From contig DASYJF010000145.1 of NCBI GenBank assembly GCA_035996815.1, positions 24,345 through 88,344 of the forward strand: a stretch of 64,000 bases of DNA, written 5' to 3'. This document shows, in pieces, positions 56,061 through 64,000 of this stretch (its first letter is position 1; each line of letters opens with the position of its first letter). The position numbers were made by a program, and so were the translations under genes. This DNA comes from Thermoanaerobaculia bacterium (GTDB lineage Bacteria; Acidobacteriota; Thermoanaerobaculia; Gp7-AA8). The notes below the pieces were generated by a model. It was given only the letters and a program-made list of their open reading frames with translations, was not told the DNA's origin and searched no databases.

Positions 56061-56131
56061 CGCTCACTACGCCGTACTGCTGGCTCGGAATGACCGCGAG
56101 ATCGCGTTGTTAGAATGGCGGCTATCCCTCC

Positions 56132-57055
56132 ATGAAAAAGCTCGTCATCGACATCGAAACCGTCGGCACTCCCTGGGAAGAGCTTGATGCCTACGTCCGC
56201 GAGTACCTGATCAAAGGACTCAGCGATGGGGATGCTGAGGAGACGAGGCGCGCGGGCGGATTGTCGCCGTTCCGCGGACGCATCATTGCCATCGGCGTCA
56301 TCAACATCGAAGACGGTCGCTCGTGCGCCATGTACGAGGTGCCGGGGCAGACGCAGATTTCGGTCGAGAAGGCCGGCCAGCGAACCTACATCTCGGGTAG
56401 TGAGAAGCAGATCCTCGAAAAGTTCTGGGAGTTCTTCGAGGGTGATTCGCGCTTCATCACCTTCAACGGCCGGCAGTTCGACGGTCCATTCCTGATGATC
56501 CGTTCCGCGATCAACGGCATCATTCCGAAGCGCGACTTGGTCGGGTATCGCTACGGCTATCACCCGAACTGCGATCTGCGCGAAGCGCTTAACTTCTTCG
56601 GCACCACGAACGCGCGGCAGTTCAAATTCAACCTCGACCTCGCTTGCAAAGTCTTCGGTGTCGAGACGTCGAAGGGCGAAGGGCTCGATGGGCGTTCGGT
56701 CGAGACATGGTATCGCGCCGGACGGCATCGCGAGATTGCTGATTACTGCCTCGATGACGTTCGAGCCACGTGCGAGTTGTACGAGAAGGTCGCGACGTCG
56801 CTGCTCATGTTCAACAAGGAGTTTCGCGAGGCCGAGGAGCGCGCTGCGCGGATGCGGCGTCAGTCAGAGTTGCCGCTGGCGCCGTCGAACGAAAGCTTGT
56901 TCATCGAGTCGGTGACGAAGACCTCGATCGCGCTTTCCGAGTCGCTCGATGCGCCCGAGCCGGTGGCCGTGATCACGGGCACGCTCGAGGCCGTCGTTCT
57001 GGAAAAGCTGATTCGTCCAGCCGATGAAGAGGAAGAGATTCCGTCCGGCGTGTGA
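56132..57055 (+). CDS. RNase H-like 3'-5' exonuclease (PolB-exonuclease-like)
   Basis: Exo I motif LVIDIETVG, Exo II FNGRQFDGPFL, Exo III YCLDDVRAT. Confidence 0.6.
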   Translation: MKKLVIDIETVGTPWEELDAYVREYLIKGLSDGDAEETRRAGGLSPFRGRIIAIGVINIEDGRSCAMYEVPGQTQISVEKAGQRTYISGSEKQILEKFWEFFEGDSRFITFNGRQFDGPFLMIRSAINGIIPKRDLVGYRYGYHPNCDLREALNFFGTTNARQFKFNLDLACKVFGVETSKGEGLDGRSVETWYRAGRHREIADYCLDDVRATCELYEKVATSLLMFNKEFREAEERAARMRRQSELPLAPSNESLFIESVTKTSIALSESLDAPEPVAVITGTLEAVVLEKLIRPADEEEEIPSGV

Positions 57056-57077
57056 CGCCCGTGCGTAAAATGCGCGC

Positions 57078-58367
57078 GTGAAACTGTTTCGCGGCCGGAT
57101 TTTTTCGCCGATTGCTGATCCCTTCACCGTCGATCCGGCGAAGTCGTATGTCTACTACGACGACGGCTTTCTGGCAGTCGACGGCGATCGGATCACCGGC
57201 GTCGGTGCATGGCGCGACGTTCCGCGGCAGAGCTCGACGCTGACGCAACTCGGACGCGATGTCCTCATCACGCCGGGATTTGTCGACACGCACCTTCACG
57301 CGCCGCAGCTCGAGATGATCGGATCGTACGGCGGCGACCTGCTCGAGTGGCTTAACCGCTACACGTTTCCGACCGAGGCCAAGTTCAGCGATCCGAAGCA
57401 TGCGGAGATGGTGGCGCGTATCTTTTTCGAGGAGCTGCTGCGCAACGGGACGTTGTGCGCGCTGATCTTTTCCACGATTCACGAACGCGCCACGGAGATT
57501 TTTTTCGAGGAAGCGGAGCGGCGCGGATTCCGGGCAATCATCGGCAAGACGATGATGGATCGCAATGCGCCGCCCTCGTTGCTGGAAACGCCGAAGCAGT
57601 CGTACGACGAGAGCCGCGCGCTACTTCAGAAATGGCACAAGCGTGGACTGCTGCGTTACGCGATCACGCCGCGCTTCGCGCCGACGTCGACGCCGGAGTT
57701 GCTCGAAGCGGCGGGACAACTCAAGCGCGAGTTCCCGGATGCGTACGTTCACTCGCACATCTCCGAGAATCGCAACGAGGTGCAGTGGGTTCACGACCTC
57801 TTCCCCGAGGCCGAGTACGCGGATGTGTACGATCGGTATGGCCTGCTCGACGAGCGCAGCGTCCTCGCGCACGGCGTCCACCTGACGGAAGAAGAGCTGG
57901 AACTACTCGCGCATCGCGGCACGCGCATCGCGCACTGCCCGAATTCAAACCTCTTCCTCGGCAGCGGCCTTTTCCGCCTTCACCACACGCTCGAAGCCGG
58001 CGTCGTCGTCGGCCTCGGCACGGACATTGGCGCAGGCACGACGCCGTCGATGTTCACGACGATGTCGGACGCGTACAAAGTCCAGCAGGTACAAGGCGTG
58101 TCGCTGACTCCGTTTCACCTCTGGTACCTGGCCTCGCTCGGCGGGGCGCGCGCGTTGTCGCTGGATGCCGAGTCCGGCAGTCTGGAGCCTGGCAAGTCGG
58201 CCGACTTTCTCCAGCTCGATCTGAAGTCGACACCGCTCGTTGCCTTGCGAAGCGAACGCGCATCCTCGGTCGAAGATCTCCTCGCCGGACTGATCTTCAC
58301 CGCCGACGATCGCGTCGTCCGCGAGTGCTGGATCGCCGGGCAAGTGGTCGCGACGCGGAGCCCGTGA
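57078..58367 (+). CDS. guaD: Guanine deaminase
   Basis: Amidohydrolase HxH (FVDTHLHAPQ), HSHISEN, HCPNSN, GLGTDIGAG. Confidence 0.8.
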   Translation: MKLFRGRIFSPIADPFTVDPAKSYVYYDDGFLAVDGDRITGVGAWRDVPRQSSTLTQLGRDVLITPGFVDTHLHAPQLEMIGSYGGDLLEWLNRYTFPTEAKFSDPKHAEMVARIFFEELLRNGTLCALIFSTIHERATEIFFEEAERRGFRAIIGKTMMDRNAPPSLLETPKQSYDESRALLQKWHKRGLLRYAITPRFAPTSTPELLEAAGQLKREFPDAYVHSHISENRNEVQWVHDLFPEAEYADVYDRYGLLDERSVLAHGVHLTEEELELLAHRGTRIAHCPNSNLFLGSGLFRLHHTLEAGVVVGLGTDIGAGTTPSMFTTMSDAYKVQQVQGVSLTPFHLWYLASLGGARALSLDAESGSLEPGKSADFLQLDLKSTPLVALRSERASSVEDLLAGLIFTADDRVVRECWIAGQVVATRSP

Positions 58368-58455
58368 GTGGATTAGTGGATTCGTCGATTAGTAGATTAG
58401 GACGCTGCTTGGGGATCTCCGCTCTAATCGACTAATCCACCAATCGACTAATCAC
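58368..58455. terminator. Long imperfect palindrome built from GATTAG/CTAATC units (32-bp arms, 23-nt spacer) right after guaD
   Basis: gtggattagtggattcgtcgattagtagattag … ctaatcgactaatccaccaatcgactaatcac. Confidence 0.5.
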
Positions 58456-58501
58456 TGTTACTGGCAGCGCTCTTGCGCCGTCTCAGGCGCAGGAGGCACC
58501 A

Positions 58502-59794
58502 ATGAACAAGTTACGAGCGATCTTCGCGTTCGCGGCGCTGTCGGCTGTCGCCGCTTTCGGACAGGATCGTACTGTCTGGCGGACGAGTGGCGATGTGCAG
58601 GAAGGCGGCCGAGGCACGATCGTCGGCACGGTTGCGGACACGCAGAACGGGCGCGCCCGGATGGTCGTGACGCCGGACAGTGCGCTGAGCGATCAGATTA
58701 CCGTCGATACCGATTCGGTCTCGACCCAGTACAACGGCTTCGGCGGGACGATCAACGGCGCGCCGGAGATCTTCGTCGGCGCGACCGGCTTCAACGAAGT
58801 GCGCACCGGCGACCGCGTCGAAGTCCGCGGCGTCGCCATCGGCGGCGGCATCATCCGCGCCGAACGCGTCACGCTCCTCGGCCGCGCCGTCGCGGCGCCG
58901 CAGACAGGGATCGGACAGACGCGCACGCCGACCTCGATCTCGACTCCGACCGCGTCGGGCACGACGCCGAGCACCGCGCCGGACCGCATCGGCCGCGTCG
59001 AAGGTGTTCTGCAGCAAATCAACCCTGAGGAAGGGCGGCTGGTCGTCGTCACCGATCGCCGTGAAGTGCTGACTGTCCGCACGCCGCAGGGAACGCCGGT
59101 CCGCTATCACGGCGATACGTACCGCATTTCGAATCTCGAAGTCGGCGACCGCATTCGCATCGAACCGGAAGGCGGCGCGGCGGTGACCGGAAATGAAATC
59201 CGGGCGCGGTCGATCGAAGTGACGCAGAGCTCCCAGGAAACGAACGGCACCTCGGCATCGCGCGGCGTCGGTGCGCTGACGGGACGCGTGACGCGCGTCG
59301 ATCGGACGAACAATGCGATCCAGCTCGACACCGGGCGCGGCACGATCGCGGTCGATCTTCGAAGCGCCGCCGATCCAAGCGGACGTCCAGTCCGTGGCCG
59401 CGATGTTCAGGCCGGTGATCAGGTCGAGCTGAGCGGGTCGTACAGCGGCGCGACGTTTGTGGCCACGACCATTCGCTTTACGGATGACAGCGGAACGACG
59501 ATCGAACAAGGACCCGCGACCGCGGTGCCCGACAACATCCCCGCCGACCTCGGAGTGGTGACGCTCTACGGGACCGTGGCGCAGACGCTCGGCGACAGTC
59601 CGCAACTCGTGCTGCGAGACACGCAGAACAACAATAGGACGGTGCGCGTCTACGCACTCGACGACCTGCTGGTACGCACGAAAGGCGGGACTTACACGAC
59701 CGCCGATAAGTTGAAGGCGAGCGATTCGGTGGTGATCAAGGCCTACCGCGACATGGATGGGAACTACATCGCGCAGACGATCAGGATTCGGTGA
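58502..59794 (+). CDS. Secreted protein with repeated beta-rich modules (DUF5666-like)
   Basis: Signal peptide. Recurring …GDRVEVRGV…/…GDRIRIEPEGG…/…GDQVELSGS… modules. Confidence 0.45.
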   Translation: MNKLRAIFAFAALSAVAAFGQDRTVWRTSGDVQEGGRGTIVGTVADTQNGRARMVVTPDSALSDQITVDTDSVSTQYNGFGGTINGAPEIFVGATGFNEVRTGDRVEVRGVAIGGGIIRAERVTLLGRAVAAPQTGIGQTRTPTSISTPTASGTTPSTAPDRIGRVEGVLQQINPEEGRLVVVTDRREVLTVRTPQGTPVRYHGDTYRISNLEVGDRIRIEPEGGAAVTGNEIRARSIEVTQSSQETNGTSASRGVGALTGRVTRVDRTNNAIQLDTGRGTIAVDLRSAADPSGRPVRGRDVQAGDQVELSGSYSGATFVATTIRFTDDSGTTIEQGPATAVPDNIPADLGVVTLYGTVAQTLGDSPQLVLRDTQNNNRTVRVYALDDLLVRTKGGTYTTADKLKASDSVVIKAYRDMDGNYIAQTIRIR

Positions 59795-59874
59795 TTCTTT
59801 GTGGCTCAGACGGACCCGTCTGAGTCACAATTATTTGGAATAACACCTCTCCCGCAAACGTCGAACACTTTGCG

Positions 59875-60222
59875 ATGGAAAAGCCCGTTCGACGCACCCT
59901 GCTCCCCGGTGTTTCAGACGCCGGAGCGCCTCCTCCCGTCGTCATCGATTCGCGCGCCGTCGTCGCAAGGGCAAGGCGCCGCGCGATTGTCCGCGATGTC
60001 ATCGATCTCCTACTCCTAATCTGCGTCGACGGGCTTTTCCTACGCTGGAATCACGCACACGTTCCCTTCCTCAACCGCTACGATTCGCTCGTTGTGCTGC
60101 TTGCACTGAACGCGATACTGGTCTGCTACGTGTGGCTCGCGCGCGCGATGCCGCGTTGGACCGCACGCAAGGTCGCGTCGACCTGGTGCCTCGCCGAGCG
60201 CACGCGCTTCTTCCGCGGCTAA
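59875..60222 (+). CDS. Small hypothetical membrane protein
   Basis: Two hydrophobic helices. The stop overlaps the stop of the convergent large membrane gene. Weakly supported. Confidence 0.3.
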   Translation: MEKPVRRTLLPGVSDAGAPPPVVIDSRAVVARARRRAIVRDVIDLLLLICVDGLFLRWNHAHVPFLNRYDSLVVLLALNAILVCYVWLARAMPRWTARKVASTWCLAERTRFFRG

Positions 60223-63200
60223 CTCGGCTCTGCCGCGTGCGTCGCGGCTTTCCGGATCACGAACTTCTGCAGCAGCACGCCGACGAGCAGGAGCGAGATC
60301 GTCAGGCCGAGGAGCGAGGCCACGCGATAGAGGCCGCCGAGCCGCGCGAGGTCGTGCAGGAAACACTTCAGCACTGTGACGAGCAGCAGGAAGATCGCGG
60401 CGACGCGCGACGCGCGGCTGTGCAGGACGAGTCCGGTCACGAGCATCGCCACCGCGAAGAGCGCCCAGCCGATCGTATACGTCAGATCCTGCGCCAGCGA
60501 TGACGAGAGGAAGTTGAACGTCAGCGTCGGACCGGCCGAGTAGAAATCGGCGATCTCGATGTTGACGAGCAGGAAGAGCAGGATGGCGCCGCCCGCATTC
60601 GCGCCTGGACGCGCGACGTTGAACTCCGCCGCGTCTTTCTCCGGCAGGAGCCACGCTGCCACGAAGAATGCTGCGACGCTGACGAGGTACGTGTAGAGAT
60701 ACCAGTTCACGATCGCATGATGACTGGCCGGGTGGTACGAGAGCACGGCCGGATTGACGGAGAGCCGCACGAATGCCGCAGCGAGGAGCGCGCCGGACCA
60801 CGCCAGCAATCCGCGGTGCGGAATGCGGCGGTAAAGCCAGACCAGCGCCGCCCCTTCCAGCGCCCAGCCGATGGTGATCCATTGCTTTTCGAGTTGCAGC
60901 GGAATGGCGATAGTGATGAACGCGAGCGCAGCAGCAGCGGTGAGCGCGAGGCGCGAGAGGAACCGCTCGCTTGCCGGCTCGATCCGCAGCAGACGCCAGA
61001 CGAGCAAGAGCATCAACGCGGCCTGGAAGACGGGCAGCAGGCCGATCGCGTAGCCGTAGCCTGCGTCCTCGATCGCTCTTCGCGCGAAAACGAAGAACGG
61101 CACTGCAGCCAGCACTGCCGCGAGGTACGGTTGGATGAATCGCTTCGCGCGCGTGCCGAGAAGCAGCGGATAGGCGACGAAGATTGCGTAGACCGCGGCG
61201 GCGAAGATCAGCTGCTGCGCCGGCGTGTGCGTGCGCGACAACGCCGTTCCGAGCGCGAGGAGAGCGACGGCGAGGATCGCCAGATCGTGCAGCTCCATGA
61301 TCCACGCCACCGCGAGCATAGCGATGCCGACGATGAGATGTGCCGCCAGCAGCGATCCGAAAATCGGTGTCGATGCGACGCCTCCGGCGATGATGAGCAC
61401 GATGTCGCCGAGTCCCAGAGCAACGAACGCGGCGACATTGAAGCGACGGTCGATCCGGAACCAGAGCAGCGCGATCGCGCAGACGGCGATTGTGGCGACG
61501 AATGCGGTCACCGGCCACGGCATCGCCTTCGCGTCGGCCGCCCACGCCATCAGCACGAGCTGCGACGCTGCCAGGGCCGCGGTCATCAAAGTCGCGCGGC
61601 GCAAGTACATCGCAGCGATGCCGATGGCGATGTCGAGCACGAACATCACCGCGAACAACGGCCATGGAGGAAAAGCAAGATGCGGTTGGATGGCGATCGC
61701 AAAGAGAAAGAGATGTCCGATCAGGCCGAGGTAGGTCGTGCTGGTGTCGCCGTCCTCGCCGCGGGCGATAAAAACGCCGCCGCCGACCGCGAGCAATGCG
61801 AAGCCGCCGATCACGATCAGAGCGGAGACGAGACTGGCCAAGTTCAGTGCGGTCGAGCACCAGACCGTGATCACGATCCAGGAGAGGACGATTGCCGACG
61901 CGGCGAGAATCGCGCGCTGTCGCGGCTTCGACTGCGCGATCGCGCCGATGTTGATGATCGCCAGCACGATCGCGAGGATCCACAACGCGTGCGGCGCGGT
62001 GTCGCCGATCGTCAGGAAGAAGAGGACGCCGACCGATCCAAGGACCAGGGCCATCATCGTTCGCTGCGAAACGATGTCGCGTCCGAGGCGCCGCGCGATG
62101 ATCGGAACCGCAAGGAACAGCAGCGCGAACGCGGCGTAGATGAGGAGCGCCGTCGTCAGCGTCGCCGGCTTCACGTTGTCCGCCGACCACACACCCTCGG
62201 CCACGATCGCCAGGAACGCGGCGATCGCGTAGCCCGCGCCGGCGCTGTGCCCGATCGCGTACGCAGCGATGATCGCGACGAGCACGAAGAGCGTTCCGAA
62301 CAGCAGCATTGGCGCGGATGCGGGGATCGGCAGCATCGCCAACGCCGGAAAGAGCAGCAAGAAGGCCGGAGCGACGATCGTCTTCGGAATCGAAGTGAAA
62401 TGCGACAGCGCGAGCTGGATCACAACGAATGCCGCGATCCACGCCAGCACCGCCGGCCAAGCCGCGGGCGTGTACGACGTCACTCGCCAGACCACGAGAA
62501 CCAGCGCGATCGTGGCGCCGCCGAGAAGGTGCAGCCAGATCGGCCCGCGGAAGATCGCGATCACAGAAAGGCCGGTGGTGATGAAGAGCAGAAAAGTGAA
62601 GAGGATGTTGTACTGCACGCCGTAGCTCGAAACGGCGGCGACGTAGATCGCGAAGAGCAGCGGCAGGCCGGCCGAGGAGATCGCGGCGAAGTCGAAGCGC
62701 CGTTGCGCCTCGTCCGCACGGCGCCGCATCCAGAGCGAGGCCGCCGCCGCGGCCGCGAGCAGGACGAAGATCGACACCGCCAGCGGAAGTTGCGCCGCGG
62801 TGAAGTACTTGCTGATCCAGCTCCATTCGTAGATGACCGTGAAGACGACGCTCAGCGCAGTGAGCAGCGGCCAGCGGCGCTGAATCGCCACAAACAGCAC
62901 CCCGACGTTGAGCAGCAGCAGATACGAAAAGAGCGCGACCGGTTTGTTTTCGCCGGTCGACAGCAACGCCGGCGTTGCGAATCCGCCGACGAGTCCGAGC
63001 AGGGCGATGAAGACGGAGTCGCGCCGGATCGACAGCAGCACCGCGATCGCGGTCACGATCAGCATCAGCACGAACACCGCGCTGGCCGGCAGCAAATGCC
63101 AGAGCGCGTGCATCGCGAAGAGCGTCGCGTAGAGGATCGCGATGCCCGCACCGTCCATCGCGTTCGCGGTGAACGCGTAGTCGCGCGCGACGCGAAGCTC

Positions 63201-63701
63201 GCAAACGAGCAGCAGGATGATGCCGGTAACGATGCCGATCCATGCGCGTACTGTTGGACTGAGCCAGTGTTGATCAAGCGAGTAGCTGAGGAGAAAAAGC
63301 ATTGCCAGAACCAGCGCGATGCCGGCGATCCAGGAGAAAAGCTTGACGCCGATCAGTGACTCCCAATCGAACGGTTTGCGGAGTGTTGGGCGTGGGGGGT
63401 GGGGCGTGGGAGGCGGCGGCTCGGGAATCGGTTCCGCTTCGAACGCGGTGATTGGTTCGGGCTGTGGAGCAATGATCGGCTCAGGTTCCGGCGGGGGCGT
63501 GACGATGAACGGCGCCGCCATCGGTTCCGGCCGTGGTTCGACCGGAGGCGCCGCGGGTTCCTTGATGGAAGCCCGATCCAACCGGCGTCGCACCTCGGCA
63601 AGCTCCGCGAGTGCTTTGCTCGCACGGCTCGACGCCTGAATCGCCACGGCGAACGCGATCACCGCGAAGATCGCGACCAGAGCAATCACACAGCCTTGCA
63701 T
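60219..63701 (-). CDS. Large polytopic membrane protein (DUF2339-like) with a Pro/Glu-rich N-terminal linker
   Basis: 1160 aa, more than 25 TM helices. The N-terminal PEPEP/PPPTP low-complexity region lies after one TM helix. Confidence 0.55.
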   Translation of the reverse strand: MQGCVIALVAIFAVIAFAVAIQASSRASKALAELAEVRRRLDRASIKEPAAPPVEPRPEPMAAPFIVTPPPEPEPIIAPQPEPITAFEAEPIPEPPPPTPHPPRPTLRKPFDWESLIGVKLFSWIAGIALVLAMLFLLSYSLDQHWLSPTVRAWIGIVTGIILLLVCELRVARDYAFTANAMDGAGIAILYATLFAMHALWHLLPASAVFVLMLIVTAIAVLLSIRRDSVFIALLGLVGGFATPALLSTGENKPVALFSYLLLLNVGVLFVAIQRRWPLLTALSVVFTVIYEWSWISKYFTAAQLPLAVSIFVLLAAAAAASLWMRRRADEAQRRFDFAAISSAGLPLLFAIYVAAVSSYGVQYNILFTFLLFITTGLSVIAIFRGPIWLHLLGGATIALVLVVWRVTSYTPAAWPAVLAWIAAFVVIQLALSHFTSIPKTIVAPAFLLLFPALAMLPIPASAPMLLFGTLFVLVAIIAAYAIGHSAGAGYAIAAFLAIVAEGVWSADNVKPATLTTALLIYAAFALLFLAVPIIARRLGRDIVSQRTMMALVLGSVGVLFFLTIGDTAPHALWILAIVLAIINIGAIAQSKPRQRAILAASAIVLSWIVITVWCSTALNLASLVSALIVIGGFALLAVGGGVFIARGEDGDTSTTYLGLIGHLFLFAIAIQPHLAFPPWPLFAVMFVLDIAIGIAAMYLRRATLMTAALAASQLVLMAWAADAKAMPWPVTAFVATIAVCAIALLWFRIDRRFNVAAFVALGLGDIVLIIAGGVASTPIFGSLLAAHLIVGIAMLAVAWIMELHDLAILAVALLALGTALSRTHTPAQQLIFAAAVYAIFVAYPLLLGTRAKRFIQPYLAAVLAAVPFFVFARRAIEDAGYGYAIGLLPVFQAALMLLLVWRLLRIEPASERFLSRLALTAAAALAFITIAIPLQLEKQWITIGWALEGAALVWLYRRIPHRGLLAWSGALLAAAFVRLSVNPAVLSYHPASHHAIVNWYLYTYLVSVAAFFVAAWLLPEKDAAEFNVARPGANAGGAILLFLLVNIEIADFYSAGPTLTFNFLSSSLAQDLTYTIGWALFAVAMLVTGLVLHSRASRVAAIFLLLVTVLKCFLHDLARLGGLYRVASLLGLTISLLLVGVLLQKFVIRKAATHAAEPS

Positions 63702-63776
63702 GGAGTGCTCAAAGGATACACGCGCAAATGAAAAGGCCCGCCGAAGCGGGCCTTTCGAATCGCGGATGTGAGTTTC

Positions 63777-64000
63777 TCAGGCTTTGTTCGCCTTGGGAGC
63801 AAGCAGCATTTCGCGGCCGACGAGGTACAGCAACAGGATCAGCACGAGGAACGGGATGCAGGACATCAGGTCGGAGTGCCCGCCGGACACGAACGGATTT
63901 TTCTCGGCGAACTTGTCGAGGCTGGCGTTGAAGTTCGTCACCCACGCCACCTTGTCCTGAAGACCGGCGATGAACGCGATCAGGATTCCGGCGATCGCGC
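63777..64000 (-). CDS. Partial CDS (C-terminal ~74 aa) of an unidentified membrane protein; continues beyond the window
   Basis: Open frame on the minus strand reading …AIAGILIAFIAGLQDKVAWVTNFNASLDKFAEKNPFVSGGHSDLMSCIPFLVLILLLYLVGREMLLAPKANKA* with its stop at 63777-63779. Confidence 0.3.
   Translation of the reverse strand, partial: AIAGILIAFIAGLQDKVAWVTNFNASLDKFAEKNPFVSGGHSDLMSCIPFLVLILLLYLVGREMLLAPKANKA

Noticed and set aside
60040-63359. Very long Arg-rich ORFs (60040..63243 -, 60717..63359 +) and similar long antisense ORFs opposite metH, gyrA, gyrB, rng, the HK/RR pair and the DNPH1-like gene
   Set aside because: These are high-GC alternative-frame artefacts. Their composition is extremely R/G/D-biased, they overlap confidently identified genes, and they lack any motif.

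Overview
This is a high-GC (~65%) bacterial chromosomal segment that spans the replication-origin neighbourhood. On the minus strand lie gyrA-gyrB-recF-dnaN-dnaA. Diverging from dnaA on the plus strand are rpmH-rnpA-yidD-yidC-jag-mnmE-mnmG-rsmG-parA-parB-bactofilin, followed by a b'-b-delta-alpha-gamma-beta-epsilon F1Fo ATP synthase operon with no a/c genes. Other housekeeping genes are prfC, metH, purQ, rng, topA, metX, an ATP-dependent DNA ligase, mdh, guaD, a DNPH1-like hydrolase, a sensorless histidine kinase plus sigma54-type response regulator, and several TPR/membrane proteins. There is one clear accessory feature. A ~1.95 kb islet sits at the 3' end of tRNA-Asn(GTT), bounded by an 18-bp direct repeat of the tRNA 3' end. 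It carries a tightly coupled four-gene cassette: an RHH-like regulator, a TIGR04255-like protein and two unknowns. Next to it is what looks like a frameshifted, truncated sensor gene. This islet is the best candidate for an undescribed system. The window also holds a lot of unexplained intergenic structure: a candidate SAM-II/SAH-type riboswitch with an intrinsic terminator ahead of metH; a dispersed ~87-bp palindromic element in two copies; large inverted-repeat elements between dnaN/recF and mnmG/rsmG; a 34-bp-arm palindrome over the rng leader; a (CCGACC)7 G-quadruplex-capable microsatellite plus repeated TTTTCCGCA boxes in the putative bipartite oriC; and two separate 21-bp-period tandem arrays (not CRISPR) with a possibly shared core motif. 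All calls come from reading the sequence and the supplied ORF translations. No database search was run.
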